Positions 1 through 11,985 of a stretch of 39,991 nucleotides of DNA are shown here, piece after piece; the first letter of the stretch is position 1; every line of letters starts with the position of its first letter. The notes under the pieces were generated by a model. The model was not told the DNA's origin. It saw nothing but the letters and a program-made list of their open reading frames with translations, and did not search any database. The position numbers and the translations under genes are program-made. Source of the stretch: Batkoa obscura (Eukaryota); contig JASVEC010000154.1 of the NCBI GenBank assembly GCA_030770535.1, positions 1-39,991 on the forward strand. The letters run 5' to 3'.

Positions 1-674
1 TTTTCTATCGGAATTAAGTGTATATTTTGTATATATAGCTAATATTTAAAATGTATCATTTAGTTTAATACTACTCTTAAAAATCAAGTTCAACATTATG
101 GAGTGACTACAATTTTAAAGAACAAATAAATAACAAATAAATAACAATTGGATTCTTAAAGATGATATCATTGAAATAAAATAGATATAAAGACAGTCTC
201 TTTTAAAAGACTTAATAATTGAAAAGGAGAGAATAAATTAATAGAAGGTATAAAATTAAAAAAAATTACTAATAAAGTCTAAAAAAACAAAACTTTCATT
301 ATATTAGATAATAAAAGTAGTACCTCTAAGCTATAAACTAGATAGTGAAATTTTATGTTATTACCAAATATAGTAATAAATTATTTGTCTGACTACTTAA
401 TAAAATTTTGGATAATTTAATTAATTGATTGATTAATTAATTTTTCTAACTTTCTTTAAAAAATGTCGGATAACGCAAAATTGCAAAAGGGGGATCCAAC
501 TATTAATTCATTAAATATTACAATACCTTAATTCCTATCAAAATGTTATGAACAACTCTTTTTATATTCTTTTAATTTCTTTTATACTGTTTTTTCAATT
601 TTTATAAAATAATCAATTTTCTATTATTAACATTCTCTTCTTTATAAAGTTTTGAAAACTTTATAAGTATAACG

Positions 675-2966
675 ATGAACATATCCCTTTTAGTATTGAC
701 TTTATGTAGTTCAATACTGTCAACTACAAACAATATTAATCCATCATCAACAATTAATAATACAACTAATTTAATATCTAATGTTCCATCTATTACTACT
801 CAATATTTATCATCTCAATCAACTACTACTGATACATTGTTAGTAGACAACAATATAAATAACAATATATTTACTTCATCAACAGAGCCAAATCAAAGTA
901 ATAAAGAAGAAATAAAATTAGAAGATAATAAAGAACAATCTAAGGAGATAACTAATAACAAATTAAAAGAAAGTAATCAACAATCAAACAACATTGATTT
1001 TATTAATCCAGAACTAGAAAATCAAAGTAAGGATGCTCTAACTTCCAGTTCATTCATTAAATCTTCAACTATTGATATTCAATTAAAAGATGATATAAAT
1101 GAATTAGACCAACAGGAAGAGTTACCTCAATTAGAAGAAGGTGATAATGAGGATATTGATTTAGTTAATAAAAATGAACATCAACATCATTTTATACCAA
1201 TACCTAGCTTTATAAAGCGCTCAATTAATATTATAAGGAAAGTGTTTCAATTTGATAGTAACAATAATAATCAATTAAATTTTAATACTTCAACAGATGA
1301 TAATGAAATTACATCAGAGAATAATAAACAAGATTTAACTTTATTAAGTAAGAATCAACAAGATCAACCTGATAATAAAATCAGAGGAACAAGAAGTGAT
1401 ATACCAATACCAGAAGCAACAAAAGAACAATTAAATAAAGGTTTATCAAAAGGAGCCATAGGAGGAATTATAGGAGGAGTAGTAGGCTTATTAATTTTAT
1501 TATCACTTGTTGGAGGAATATTATTATATTTTCTACGACATAAAAAACCAACAACAGTATTCGGAAATAATCAAGCAAATGAAGAGGGAGGTTTATTAAC
1601 ACAAGCTAGTAATGATATTGAAGAAGTAATCTTATCTCCGATTAATCCAATTAATAAATTTTGGCCAAATATTGAATTTAATCCCAAAAATCAACGATTT
1701 TCTAATATGTCGATGATAGAATCAAATAATAATAATAATAACAATAATAATACTCATTCAACTAAAGTATCTAAATTTGCTACTATTAATAAACCAAATA
1801 CAAGTTCACCAATCCCAATTAATTTATCTAATTCAGCAGGACAATTAAAACATACACCAAGTTTTAAATTACCTAATAAAACTAGTAATGAAACAATATA
1901 TGAACGTCGAATGAAAAAAAAATCCCAAGATAATTCTATTAATACCACTACTACTACTTCTTCATTACTCTCTTCCATGGTAGATGATATAAGTAGTGTT
2001 ACTGAATATGAAACAGATTATGATGAAATTAATATGGATGTACATATTCAGCAAATGAAATCAGATGATAACAGTGATAAAGATAGTATTGAGTTGTGTT
2101 CTGTTATAAGATCAAGCATCATTAATCCTAAATTAGATCAATTAAATGAAGTTCATTTAAGATCTCCTTCAATTCCTCCACCAGATTATGGAATGAATTA
2201 TTCAAAGGGTAATAATATTGATCAAAGTTTGTTTACAGTTGAAAAGAAAGATACATTAAAAGAAGAATCTATTGGATTACTTAGTACAAATGAGAATCAT
2301 TCAAAACACAGGAATGATAGATCTGTATCTCCAATTAATCGATCTATTTCACCTATTAATATGGGCAAAGAAGAAAAGAAGAAATATATATTTCCATCAG
2401 AATATAGGGTATCTAATGTAGAAACCTCTGATTCTACAAACTCAAGTTTAGCAAAGGTGACAAAACTCACAATTTCATCCAAATTAAAGGATTATAATGA
2501 ATCTAACCCTAAATTATCTACTATACCGCCAACCACTGCTAATAGTATTAAAAAATCCACTAATCGAAATAGTACAGTTAATCAAAAGTTTGGTTTTAGT
2601 AATGAAAAGTATCAATTAGATGGACCTGATTATACGAATATTGAAGATAATTCATTCAATGGTATTTCAGCAGAAAAAGAAATTGATAAAGAAATTGATC
2701 GACGATCCTTAGATGTTAATCGACATAGTTTACGTCAAACAAAACTGTTTTCTGAAAATCGAAGTTTACTAACTTCAGGTAGATTACAACATCATCGACA
2801 AGTATCTGAAAATGTAAAGTTGAATAAAGATAAAGAAACTGGGGCTAGTAAAATCATTAAAGAAAGAAGAAAAAAGGACTTGGTAAAACATCTAGCTGGT
2901 CAACCACCCTCCACTCCTATTACTCCAAAACAACAGGCTCTTGATACTGATTTTTGGGGGCTTTAA
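675..2966 (+). CDS. Single-pass type I membrane protein with Ser/Thr/Asn-rich ectodomain and long low-complexity cytoplasmic tail (Mid2/Wsc/Skg6-like architecture)
   Basis: 763-aa intronless ORF. Hydrophobic N-terminus (MNISLLVLTLCSSILS), S/T/N-rich segment, one TM helix with a glycine-zipper lead-in (GAIGGIIGGVVGLLILLSLVGGILLYFL) followed by basic RHKK. Confidence 0.75.
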   Translation: MNISLLVLTLCSSILSTTNNINPSSTINNTTNLISNVPSITTQYLSSQSTTTDTLLVDNNINNNIFTSSTEPNQSNKEEIKLEDNKEQSKEITNNKLKESNQQSNNIDFINPELENQSKDALTSSSFIKSSTIDIQLKDDINELDQQEELPQLEEGDNEDIDLVNKNEHQHHFIPIPSFIKRSINIIRKVFQFDSNNNNQLNFNTSTDDNEITSENNKQDLTLLSKNQQDQPDNKIRGTRSDIPIPEATKEQLNKGLSKGAIGGIIGGVVGLLILLSLVGGILLYFLRHKKPTTVFGNNQANEEGGLLTQASNDIEEVILSPINPINKFWPNIEFNPKNQRFSNMSMIESNNNNNNNNNTHSTKVSKFATINKPNTSSPIPINLSNSAGQLKHTPSFKLPNKTSNETIYERRMKKKSQDNSINTTTTTSSLLSSMVDDISSVTEYETDYDEINMDVHIQQMKSDDNSDKDSIELCSVIRSSIINPKLDQLNEVHLRSPSIPPPDYGMNYSKGNNIDQSLFTVEKKDTLKEESIGLLSTNENHSKHRNDRSVSPINRSISPINMGKEEKKKYIFPSEYRVSNVETSDSTNSSLAKVTKLTISSKLKDYNESNPKLSTIPPTTANSIKKSTNRNSTVNQKFGFSNEKYQLDGPDYTNIEDNSFNGISAEKEIDKEIDRRSLDVNRHSLRQTKLFSENRSLLTSGRLQHHRQVSENVKLNKDKETGASKIIKERRKKDLVKHLAGQPPSTPITPKQQALDTDFWGL

Positions 2967-3188
2967 ATAATTAGTTTTATACTCCTTTCCTCCTCTTTTT
3001 AAATAAAAAAAGCTATAAAAATATTAATTTAACTATTTAAGATTTCATTTATACATTCATTTAGAATCTAATACTTTACCCACTAACCTCTGGGTCTCAT
3101 CAATACATTTCATATCAACAATGCTGCCACTATAGCAATTTGAAACAAAGTCAGCTCCCACACTCTTTCCATCCCTTTATTAAACAAG

Positions 3189-3293
3189 ATATGGGGTGTA
3201 TTTTTGGCTTTATCACTTTTCCCATCTTCTAAGTGTTATTTGAGCAGAAAAAGTGCTAGTAAAATTCTTAAACATGAAAGTATATCTCCATAT
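3189..3293 (+). mobile_element. ~105-bp MITE-like TIR element, family A, copy 1
   Basis: ATATGGGGTGTATTTTTGG...GAAAGTATATCTCCATAT. The interior is homologous to the other copies in the window. Strand is relative orientation only. Confidence 0.8.
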
Positions 3294-3375
3294 ATTGTGC
3301 ACTATCCAAATTACGCCTAGTAATTGTCAATGTAAGCCCAACCATTTACTCAAAAATTATTGGCTTAGAAATATA

Positions 3376-3473
3376 ATGGGGTGTTTTTTTTGGCTTCATT
3401 ACTTTTTCTATCTTTTAAGCGCTATTTGAGTGGAAAAGTTAGCAAAATTCTTAAACACAAAAATACATCCCCT
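3376..3473 (+). mobile_element. MITE-like family A, copy 2
   Basis: ATGGGGTGTTTTTTTTGGCTTCATTACTTTTTCTATCTTTTAAGCGCTATTTGAGTGGAAAAG...CAAAAATACATCCCCT. Confidence 0.8.
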
Positions 3474-4022
3474 AATAAATATTGGTAGTTCTATATATCT
3501 AAGTCACTACGGGTTTGAAATCCTTATGCAAAGTGATGAGCCAACTGATAAGTCTAATACTTGACCAACAGTAATTAGAAAGTTTAAAGTTTTCCTAAAT
3601 AAACATAAGATAAATAGTATACTTTGAACAAAGCGATTATATTAACGTAACTAATAAGGTTTAAAAGTATAGTTTATTTAGAAAATAGATAAAGCTCTCA
3701 ATAAAAAGAGATCCCAAAGGAATAGATTGCATTGTTTATATACTTTTAATATTACAAAATGCAATGTTTTACTACCTTTTATATCCGTATTTATTATATT
3801 TATTATATTTATTATCAAAATTATTGATATTTTTGGTGTTAATCTTCTTTATATTGCTTTATAAAAGCAGTCAACTTATATTGAATCTTGTTCAATTATA
3901 GCATCAGACTTCGAAAAGTAGGGAATTCTGTTAATTGTCTTCAGAATTATATATATTTGTGAGAAATTACTCTTCTTTTAACTAAAGTTACTATTATGAA
4001 TTACTAATACTTAATCATTAAC

Positions 4023-4402
4023 TTAATATCTTAACCCTGCAATACCTTCATCCTGGAAATTTAAACCAAACTTGGACTCAATGCTCTTCCCATCACCTCT
4101 AGAAAATAGGGCTAATTGAGCGGATCTTAAGGTACAACCGGGAATGTTAATGTAAGTCCACCATCGTCAGAAATAATCGATGAAAATGTACGATCATTAT
4201 TTTTGATCTGCGCTCCTTCATGACGCCAAAATCTTTGAACAATGGTTCCATTAATTTCTGCATTATAAGTGCACACAAAGCTATAAGTGTTAGTTCCATC
4301 ACCATTAGCATTACGACCAAATATGGATTCATAGAAGAAATTCATGAATTGACCAGTGGTCAATTGAAGGAAACTGACAAAAGTTAAGAATAAAAAGTTC
4401 AA
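4023..4402 (-). pseudogene. Decayed paralog of the adjacent 135-aa secreted Cys-rich protein
   Basis: Colinear with 4916-5323 (ESIFGRNANGDGTNTYSFVCTYNAEINGT vs ESVFGRTANGDGTNIYSFTCTCNAEINGT). It starts at TTG rather than ATG. After a 1-nt deletion near 4137, homology resumes in another frame (CTLRSAQLALFSRGDGKSIESKFGLNFQDEGIAGLRY*, stop 4023-4025). Six of eight Cys are lost. Confidence 0.8.
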
Positions 4403-4915
4403 CGAAGTTAAATGAAAGGTTTATGTTATTTTAGTTTGAATTAGACCTGTTAGATTTCTATAGTTTTTATAGGAATTTTCGATTTTTTTACTGTTAACCT
4501 AATTTGATGGCTTGTGTAGGCTTTTTTGAAGTTTATCACTTTTTTGATAATGTACTGGGTTTTTAACTCATTATAATTGTTTCGAATTCTTTTTTGGGAA
4601 GCTGTAAAGATTTTTTTAATAAAAACAAAAGCCAACAGAATGCAAGATGTTGTGATAAAAATTAGTATAGTTTTACCTATAAAGATTTAATTTTCATTAA
4701 ATACAAAACATTACTCTCGCTTTCAGTTACTACGAAAAAAACTTAAATAGTTTTAAACTTTTTCAAGACAGTCGTGGTAGATTAAAAATACTATCTTTTT
4801 ATGAATAAAATTGCTAATTAACCTTTTTCTAATTCTTGATTTTAATAAAAATTTAATAGTGTAAATAAATGTTAAAAAGAATGTGATTTATTAAAAAACT
4901 CAACAATTCTGCCCA

Positions 4916-5323
4916 TTAAATTGTAGTTCTACCATTACATCTCACCCCAGCGACGCCTTCACCTTGACAATTCAATGGGAAATTAGGCTCATAACTTCTC
5001 CCTCCTTGTCTAATAAATAATTGTGGCTGAGCACTGCCTAAAGTACATTCCGGAATGGTCAAAGTAAGTTCTCTGTCACTAGATATAAAAGGCGCAAATG
5101 TACGACAACTATTTTGTGTATCGGCTCCTTCAGAACGGCAGAAGCCTTGAATGGTGGTTCCATTGATTTCTGCATTACAAGTGCAAGTAAAGCTATAGAT
5201 GTTGGTTCCATCGCCATTAGCAGTACGCCCAAAGACAGACTCGCATTTGAAATCTATTGATTGAGAAGTGATAAGTGGGAGCAAGGTGGTGAGAGAAAGT
5301 AAGATGAAGGTGAACTTAACCAT
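4916..5323 (-). CDS. Small secreted cysteine-rich protein (8 Cys), effector-like, unknown function
   Basis: 135-aa ORF with signal peptide MVKFTFILLSLTTLLPLITS. Cys spacing is C-x19-C-x-C-x12-C-x10-C-x19-C-x25-C-x9-C. GC content is higher than the flanks, and a tandem paralog lies next to it. Confidence 0.8.
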   Translation of the reverse strand: MVKFTFILLSLTTLLPLITSQSIDFKCESVFGRTANGDGTNIYSFTCTCNAEINGTTIQGFCRSEGADTQNSCRTFAPFISSDRELTLTIPECTLGSAQPQLFIRQGGRSYEPNFPLNCQGEGVAGVRCNGRTTI

Positions 5324-6369
5324 GGTTCAAATTATTTAATGCTAATGAAAGTTAATATGAAGGTGTATATTTTATATTTTGTGTTTGATGGAGCTTGTGG
5401 TTTTTTTATATAGTATTTTAATATAATCTCTAATTTTTACTGTTGGTTTAATTTGATGATCTCTATGGGGTTTTTTTGATATTAGCACCCTTTAATAACA
5501 AGTTTTTAATAAAATAAACTTGTTCTTTTTAAAATTCTAGTTAGTTTAATAAAATGAAATCAGTTATTATAAGGGAAATAGCAAATTTATTATGAATTTA
5601 TTGTTATTAAGAAAATAAAACTGTTATAAAGGAATAATCTATTTTTATTAAAATAGTTGGAGTTTCCGTTTAATCTCGTCTTATCTCTAGTTTCAGCTTC
5701 GTATAATTTAATTTAAAATGACAAGCATATCAAATTGATTCTATTGCTAATTGAGATTCTGTATTCAATTGTTTTATTTAAAGCTATATAGTTTCTATTT
5801 ATTTCAATTCGTATTGTGAATGTAAAGTATATTTTTGTTTATTTGAAATATTTGTTTATATTATAAATAACACGTTAAACCCTCATTTTTATTTAATAAT
5901 AGCTATTCATTACACTCTATTTACTAAAATAGTGATTTGAAATATGCTAATAGCTAAATAATTTTGTTATTGATATTGAATTTTATTATATTATATATTA
6001 TAACATGATTATTAATTATTACTGTCGTCACTTAATAATTAAATAATTTTGATGCTATTATTTTACAACAAGAATTAAAATTAAAACTAGTAGAACTATT
6101 CTAATATTCATAATTACAATTATTTTCATTACAAAACTTAAGCTAAATTACTAATAAGCCATTAAATTTTAATCTGAAACCCTGGTTTTAAATCAATGAA
6201 TAGAGTTTATGGAAAAAAACATGGGAAAATGCAAAAAGTAAAAGACTTAATAAATGATGAGATAATAAATTTTTGCATTTAAACCATTTAAAATCACGAT
6301 TCAATTCCCAATCTCACGTTTTATTTTTTTTACCAACTTAAATCAATTTAACAATTTTATAACAACAAA

Positions 6370-7444
6370 ATGGACTTTAATAACTATAACAATGCACCCT
6401 TTCAAGAGCCACTGATGCCCTTAAATAACGGCGAAAACAATCAACAGACAACAAATAGTACAAACTCAGGTCAAGGAATTATATCTAATTTTGGTGGTGC
6501 TCATTTAACTGATTTTACTAAACGTAAAAACTGGCCATTGAGAGTATTAGGAGAATTAAAAGATTTTTTACATGTAGTATCACCTTCTGGTCGATTTTTA
6601 TTTTGCTCACCTTCTTGTTTAGAAATGGTAGGTTTTTCACCAGAAGAGTTAGTGGGTCGTCAAGTAACGGACTTTATTCACGTGGACGATATTGATACTT
6701 TTATTAGAGATTTTAATCTAGCTATTACTCAAAAAGTATTTCGAATTCTATACCGATTCCGTAAAAAAGATGATAAATTCATCATTTTAGAGATCAACGG
6801 TCATCCTTATTTTCCAGAAAATTCAACTACTGCACGGTGCTTTTTTTTAATGGCCAGACCTTATCCTTCAAAAGCAGCTTCTACTATTGATTCTTTTTTG
6901 GAACTTAGAATGGAAAACGATCGTTTAACAAAGCGACTTTTGGAACTTCAGAGAGAAAGTCAAGAACAAAACAATACTAATGATAACCCATTAAAAACAA
7001 ACAGTGGTAATAATAATATCAGTGAAGTGATCAATTACGCAACAGGTTCTTCAGAAAGTGTACCGCCTAACAACGGTAATAATAAACAACTTCCTCCAAC
7101 GATGAATGCACCATCAATTGATGCAACTAAGAAAATCAAAAAGGTAAAAATCATGGTAATAAGCAAGCTTATATATTAAATTATTATTATAATAGACCAA
7201 AAGACAAAGGGCTGAAGAAGAAACACACGTATGTACGGATTGTGGTACGGTTGATTCACCTGAGTGGCGTAAAGGACCTCAAGGACCTAAAACGTAAGCT
7301 TTATTTAATAATATGCTATAAAAAGCGGTATTAATTTAATATAATAGATTATGTAATGCATGCGGTTTAAGGTATGCTAAAAAGAATAAGAAGATATTAA
7401 AGGAGGCCGAAGCGGTTGGTGATGCAGAAAGAAATAACAGTTAA
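6370..7444 (+). CDS. wc-2: White collar-2-like PAS + GATA zinc-finger transcription factor (exons 6370-7143, 7196-7293, 7348-7444)
   Basis: [24 protein letters not shown] lead-in, PAS domain and coiled coil ([11 protein letters not shown]). Splicing two GT-AG introns yields the GATA finger [30 protein letters not shown]. Confidence 0.9.
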
Positions 7445-8935
7445 ATTCGAGAAGACTGATTATTATTTATTATAATTACAATTAATCTTCTTTATTAGTT
7501 TTTTTCCTAAAGTCAATAGAGCTTTGCTTCTTTTTTATATGAATAAATTTTAATCTTTTTTTATTATCAAGTGAGGATTTTATTTCTTGTTAAGATCGAG
7601 TTGTATTAGCAAATTTTTATCATTAATTTATGTAGAGTCTTAGAAAATAAACTAAATAAGTAATTTCAAGTCAACACATTTCGTCTTAAAGGTTTAATAA
7701 GCCTATAAATGTTGTTGTAATGTGGATGAGTATCTAAAGAACGTTCTATACTTTTGAAATCTTATAATCAAACACTATAAGATACAAAACATTGAAGCTG
7801 ATATCAAAGCAGTTCAATATTTTCATAGAGCAATAAAAGAATAAACGGTAGGATTATACTAAAAGTAATATATATTAAAGGTATTTAAAGTGTTTTTCAT
7901 AAAGTGCCGATATTTGGAAAGAATATGATTTTTTGTGAACATTTTAGAGTTATAATTAATTCTTAAAGGATAAGGGAATAATTTGCCATTTATGATTTAT
8001 AATATTTAGACTAAAGTCAAAATAAAAATCAATTTTAACAGTTAAAAGGAGTTTTTTATACTTTTACTTAGAAGCTATCACTTTCAAAGTTAAAAAAACA
8101 CTTAAAAGAGATCAATATGATAATAATAGGCTTTGAAAGATTAAAAAGAATATAGTTGTTTATTTAAATAAAAGGTAGATAGTGTCAATGAATTTTGCTA
8201 AGGGTAAGTGGCCCGTCTGTTAAAATATAATAGAAAGTTAAATATAATATACTAATTATAGTCAAAATCAGTTCTAATTATAACATAATAGGCAATTTAT
8301 TATATCAATAGGTTTTAAGATCTATGGGTAAATTTATACTAACTTTATGCTTTTTATCTTATTTTACTATTTCGAATGCTATAATACCTTAAATATTTTA
8401 TATAGTTTTTATACTGTTTTACAAACCTCATCAAACCTTAATAAACTAATAATAAACAACAATCAGGAAACACTATAGCAGATTTTTTCAAAAGCTCTAT
8501 ATTCTTTAATAAAAAATAAAAAGATTATTAATTGCACTAGTGAGTTTTAGTCAAAGATTAGCTAATAATATTTGAAAAAAACCTGCTAATAAATGCAGCA
8601 GTTTTTCTTCCAATCGACATTTTTTTATTGGAATTTTATCTAAATTGGAAAAAATTACTGTTGCAATTCTTTATCTCTACCGGTTTTTATAAAAAGATTA
8701 AATTTGAAAATTTGTTATTTTTTTAGTGAAGAAAGAGTTTAAATCAGTTTTAAGATTTATTGATTTTAATGAAACTGGGCTAATTTTAAGACTTTTGTTA
8801 TCATTTAAGTTAGAAAGTACTTTTCAAGAACAGCTAAAAAGCGTCTTTAAAAATAAAAGTTCATGTTATGCATTCAATATTTTGTACATGAAATTATAAG
8901 GATTTAAGAACGTATTATTACATTAATTTATTTGT

Positions 8936-9042
8936 ATATGGGGATGTGTTTTTGTATTTAAGAATTTTACTAATAATTTTTCCACTCAAATAGCGCTTAA
9001 AAGATGGAAAAAGTAATGAAGCCAAAAAAAACACTCCCATAT
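8936..9042 (-). mobile_element. MITE-like family A, copy 3 (inverted)
   Basis: ATATGGGGATGTGTTTTTG...GCCAAAAAAAACACTCCCATAT, the reverse complement of copy 2. Confidence 0.8.
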
Positions 9043-10069
9043 GGATTTAATTTTAAATATACAACAATATTTAAATTGAGATATATTACTATATTTAATA
9101 AATGTAAATTTTGAGATCAACTTATTTGACAAAGATTATTAACTAGCTAGTTGGGTAAAAAAGGAGTAGCCAATTAAAATTTAATGAAAGGTCATATTAT
9201 TAAATCATAATTACTTAAATCTAAAGATGAATTTAAAGGCCAGATTTATTAGTAATGGAGGGTTATAACGCTATCTTAATAATCGTCATATCAACTTTTA
9301 ATAATTAATGATATAAGCAACAGTGATAATAAATATAGTATAATGGGCAATAAACTTATAAGCTAATAAACTTAGATTAATGAATAAAACATAGACTAAA
9401 AATAATTGGATGGGATTAATTATCAAAGCATTTTATATTAAGCCCTCCCTTAACTAAATAATATCACTCTTTGGGGAGAAAGGTTACCATTGCTTATCTT
9501 TAAATACAATAGCCAATTATTCAATTTCTTTTATACACCTTATTTCATTATTTTCCATAGCATAGCCAGTAAAATTCCAATCGCAGTCCATTTGTTTACT
9601 TTTATTTTCACGGGATAGTGAGATTGGTGATCTAAATAATACACCAATTAAAAATGCCCATTTTCGAATTTCCTTTTAGTTTGGTGGGTCAAGAGATTGA
9701 ATTTTTAGCTGCTTTATCTAATTTATTAAAATTTTAAGTTCAAGTGTAAAAAAGGGATATATAACACTATCTATTGTATTATAGTTTATCAAAACTTTTT
9801 TAAAATTTTGTATTTATTTTAGAAAAGTGTATATTATATAAAGAGTACCATAAACCCTTGTTAATTTATTAATTTTAGTTCTTAGTTGAGTTTTATTAAT
9901 TTAAGCGAACAAAGATTAAAGCTAAAAATAAGCTAATCAAATAATATCTGCCCATTTTTTAGTAAAAATTCGCAAAAAATCCATTCAAGTTTACTTCGTC
10001 CAAGAATTGCTTAGTTAAGAGTTAAATTAAGAGTTGAGCATATCATTTAGTTTCATTCTTTTCTTTTTA

Positions 10070-11985
10070 ATGGTGATGTTCGAAACAAATGCTAATTCAC
10101 AGCACAATGGGAAGAATAGCCCGCATAAAGAAAATTCTCCCATCATACCACCACCGCTTTCTATCTACAATGACCATTCTGAGCTAGAATCTAATATAAT
10201 TCAGTCGATTGAGCAACTAAATATAAGTCCAAGTGGTAATAAGCAATAATAAATAATTTAAACATTACTAATCAAGTTTAATTTTAGAACCACAAACCAG
10301 TAATAATGGTAATAGCCAAACATTAGATAAAAGTAAAAAGGGAAAACAGCGATGGGGAAGTCAACAGAAAAATGGATTTCCACCATCCCCTGGCCTTTCT
10401 CAAAACCAGGATTACAAAAAACATCCAAGTAAGACTATAAAAAGATTATTTATAAATAGCTAACCTCCTATTTAGTATATCAAAAAATTGAAGAAATAAA
10501 TATAAAATTACGCTCTGGTGTTATTATTTTACCGAATGAGCGCCGCAGTCCTTCACCAGAACCATTATTTAACGCTGAAGGAAAACAGGTCAATACTCGA
10601 GAAATAAGATATCGAAAGAGATTAGAAGAAGAAAGACAAAGATTAATTGAACAAGCTGTAAGTGAGGATCCTAATTTTAAACCACCTATTGAACTTAAAA
10701 AACCAGCCAAATTACAAGAAAAATATTACATACCAGTACATTTACACCCAGAAATCAATTTCATTGGGCTATTGATTGGCCCTCGTGGCAATACATTAAA
10801 ACGTATGGAACTAGATTCAGGAGCAAAGATCTCGATCCGTGGACGTGGTTCTGTTAAAGAAGGTAAACGATTTGATGCTAATGGAGTTCCAGGAAATGAT
10901 GAAGAACTTCATTGTCTCATTACTGCCGATACCTCGCATAAAATTAAGAAAGCCAAAAAACTAATTGAAAGAATTATTGAAACTGTGAGTTTATTAATTT
11001 ATTAATTTAATTAAACCAATTCATTGTTTATAGTCTGCTAGTGTTCCAGAAGGACAAAATGAATTAAAACGTCAACAGCTTCGTGAGCTTGCAGCCCTTA
11101 ATGGTACGTTAAGAGATGACGAAACTCACGCATGTGGCTGCTGTGGTATGAAGGGTCATAAAAAACATGAATGTCAAGAAAATCCTACCGGCCATAATAT
11201 TATTTGTTATTCATGCATCGATAGTGGATTGAACATGGGTGATTGCAATCATGCTACCACATTCGATAATCAAATGAATCAAGAGATGTTACATCTTATG
11301 GAGGACTCTGATCCATTATCCCCAACAAATCATCCTAAGTTTAGAAAAAATTCTCTTAGTATCTCTCTTCAGGTAATATACTTCATTGAATTAAATGCGT
11401 AAGTTTATTAAAATTATCTTAGTATCCTCATCCTAGCTTAGAATCTAATATTCCGAGTTGGAAATTAAGTGGACCTAATCCAGTTCCAAGCCCAGGAATT
11501 CCTTATAATACGCCTGTAAATGGCTACAAAAGTGACTCTACTCGTTCCTTTTTACCAGACCAAATGTCACCAGGTCTTCCTTATCTTAGTAACCAAACGC
11601 CCATCAGTGAAGTATTTCCTACAATTTTCAATCCACCAACTGAAGATAGTACTTGGGATAATATTGAAAAATCAATTTCAGCCTTTAATGAAACGCCTAT
11701 GAACCATTCACTTGGACTCAAATTTTATCCTAACCAACTTGGATCTCCAAGGCTTCCATCTCCGAAATTATTTTCTAACTCACCTAATCCCTCTTTCAAA
11801 TCATCAGAAAATTTCAAATTGTCATTAAATTCAGAAAGTACTTCACTCCCACCACCATCTAAAGATCCAGTTCTCCCTTGGGTAAAGCTTAGATTTTCAG
11901 TATGCTTTTAACATAGATTAATGTTTTATTTTAGGTATCTTTAAGTGGACCCAATGCTGGAGAAGAATCCCAACTTCCACATTAA
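10070..11985 (+). CDS. MSL5: Branchpoint-bridging protein / splicing factor 1 (exons 10070-10235, 10288-10428, 10476-10984, 11034-11372, 11423-11881, 11935-11985)
   Basis: The spliced product has ULM-like [22 protein letters not shown], a KH domain ([18 protein letters not shown]...GRGSVKEGK), QUA2 ([22 protein letters not shown]), a CCHC knuckle [14 protein letters not shown] and a Pro-rich tail. The terminal exons are less certain. Confidence 0.9.

Noticed and set aside
8936..9042. Family A as a tRNA-Ala gene or tRNA-derived SINE (GGGGATGT...CATCCCCA resembles an acceptor stem)
   Set aside because: No A/B boxes, no TTCG T-loop or cloverleaf, and internal T-runs. The resemblance is limited to the TIRs.
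9450..9720. Slightly GC-richer minus-strand patch (…MDCDWNFTGYAMENNEIRCIKEIE*) as a possible exon remnant
   Set aside because: Too short, no upstream exon could be joined, and no family recognised.
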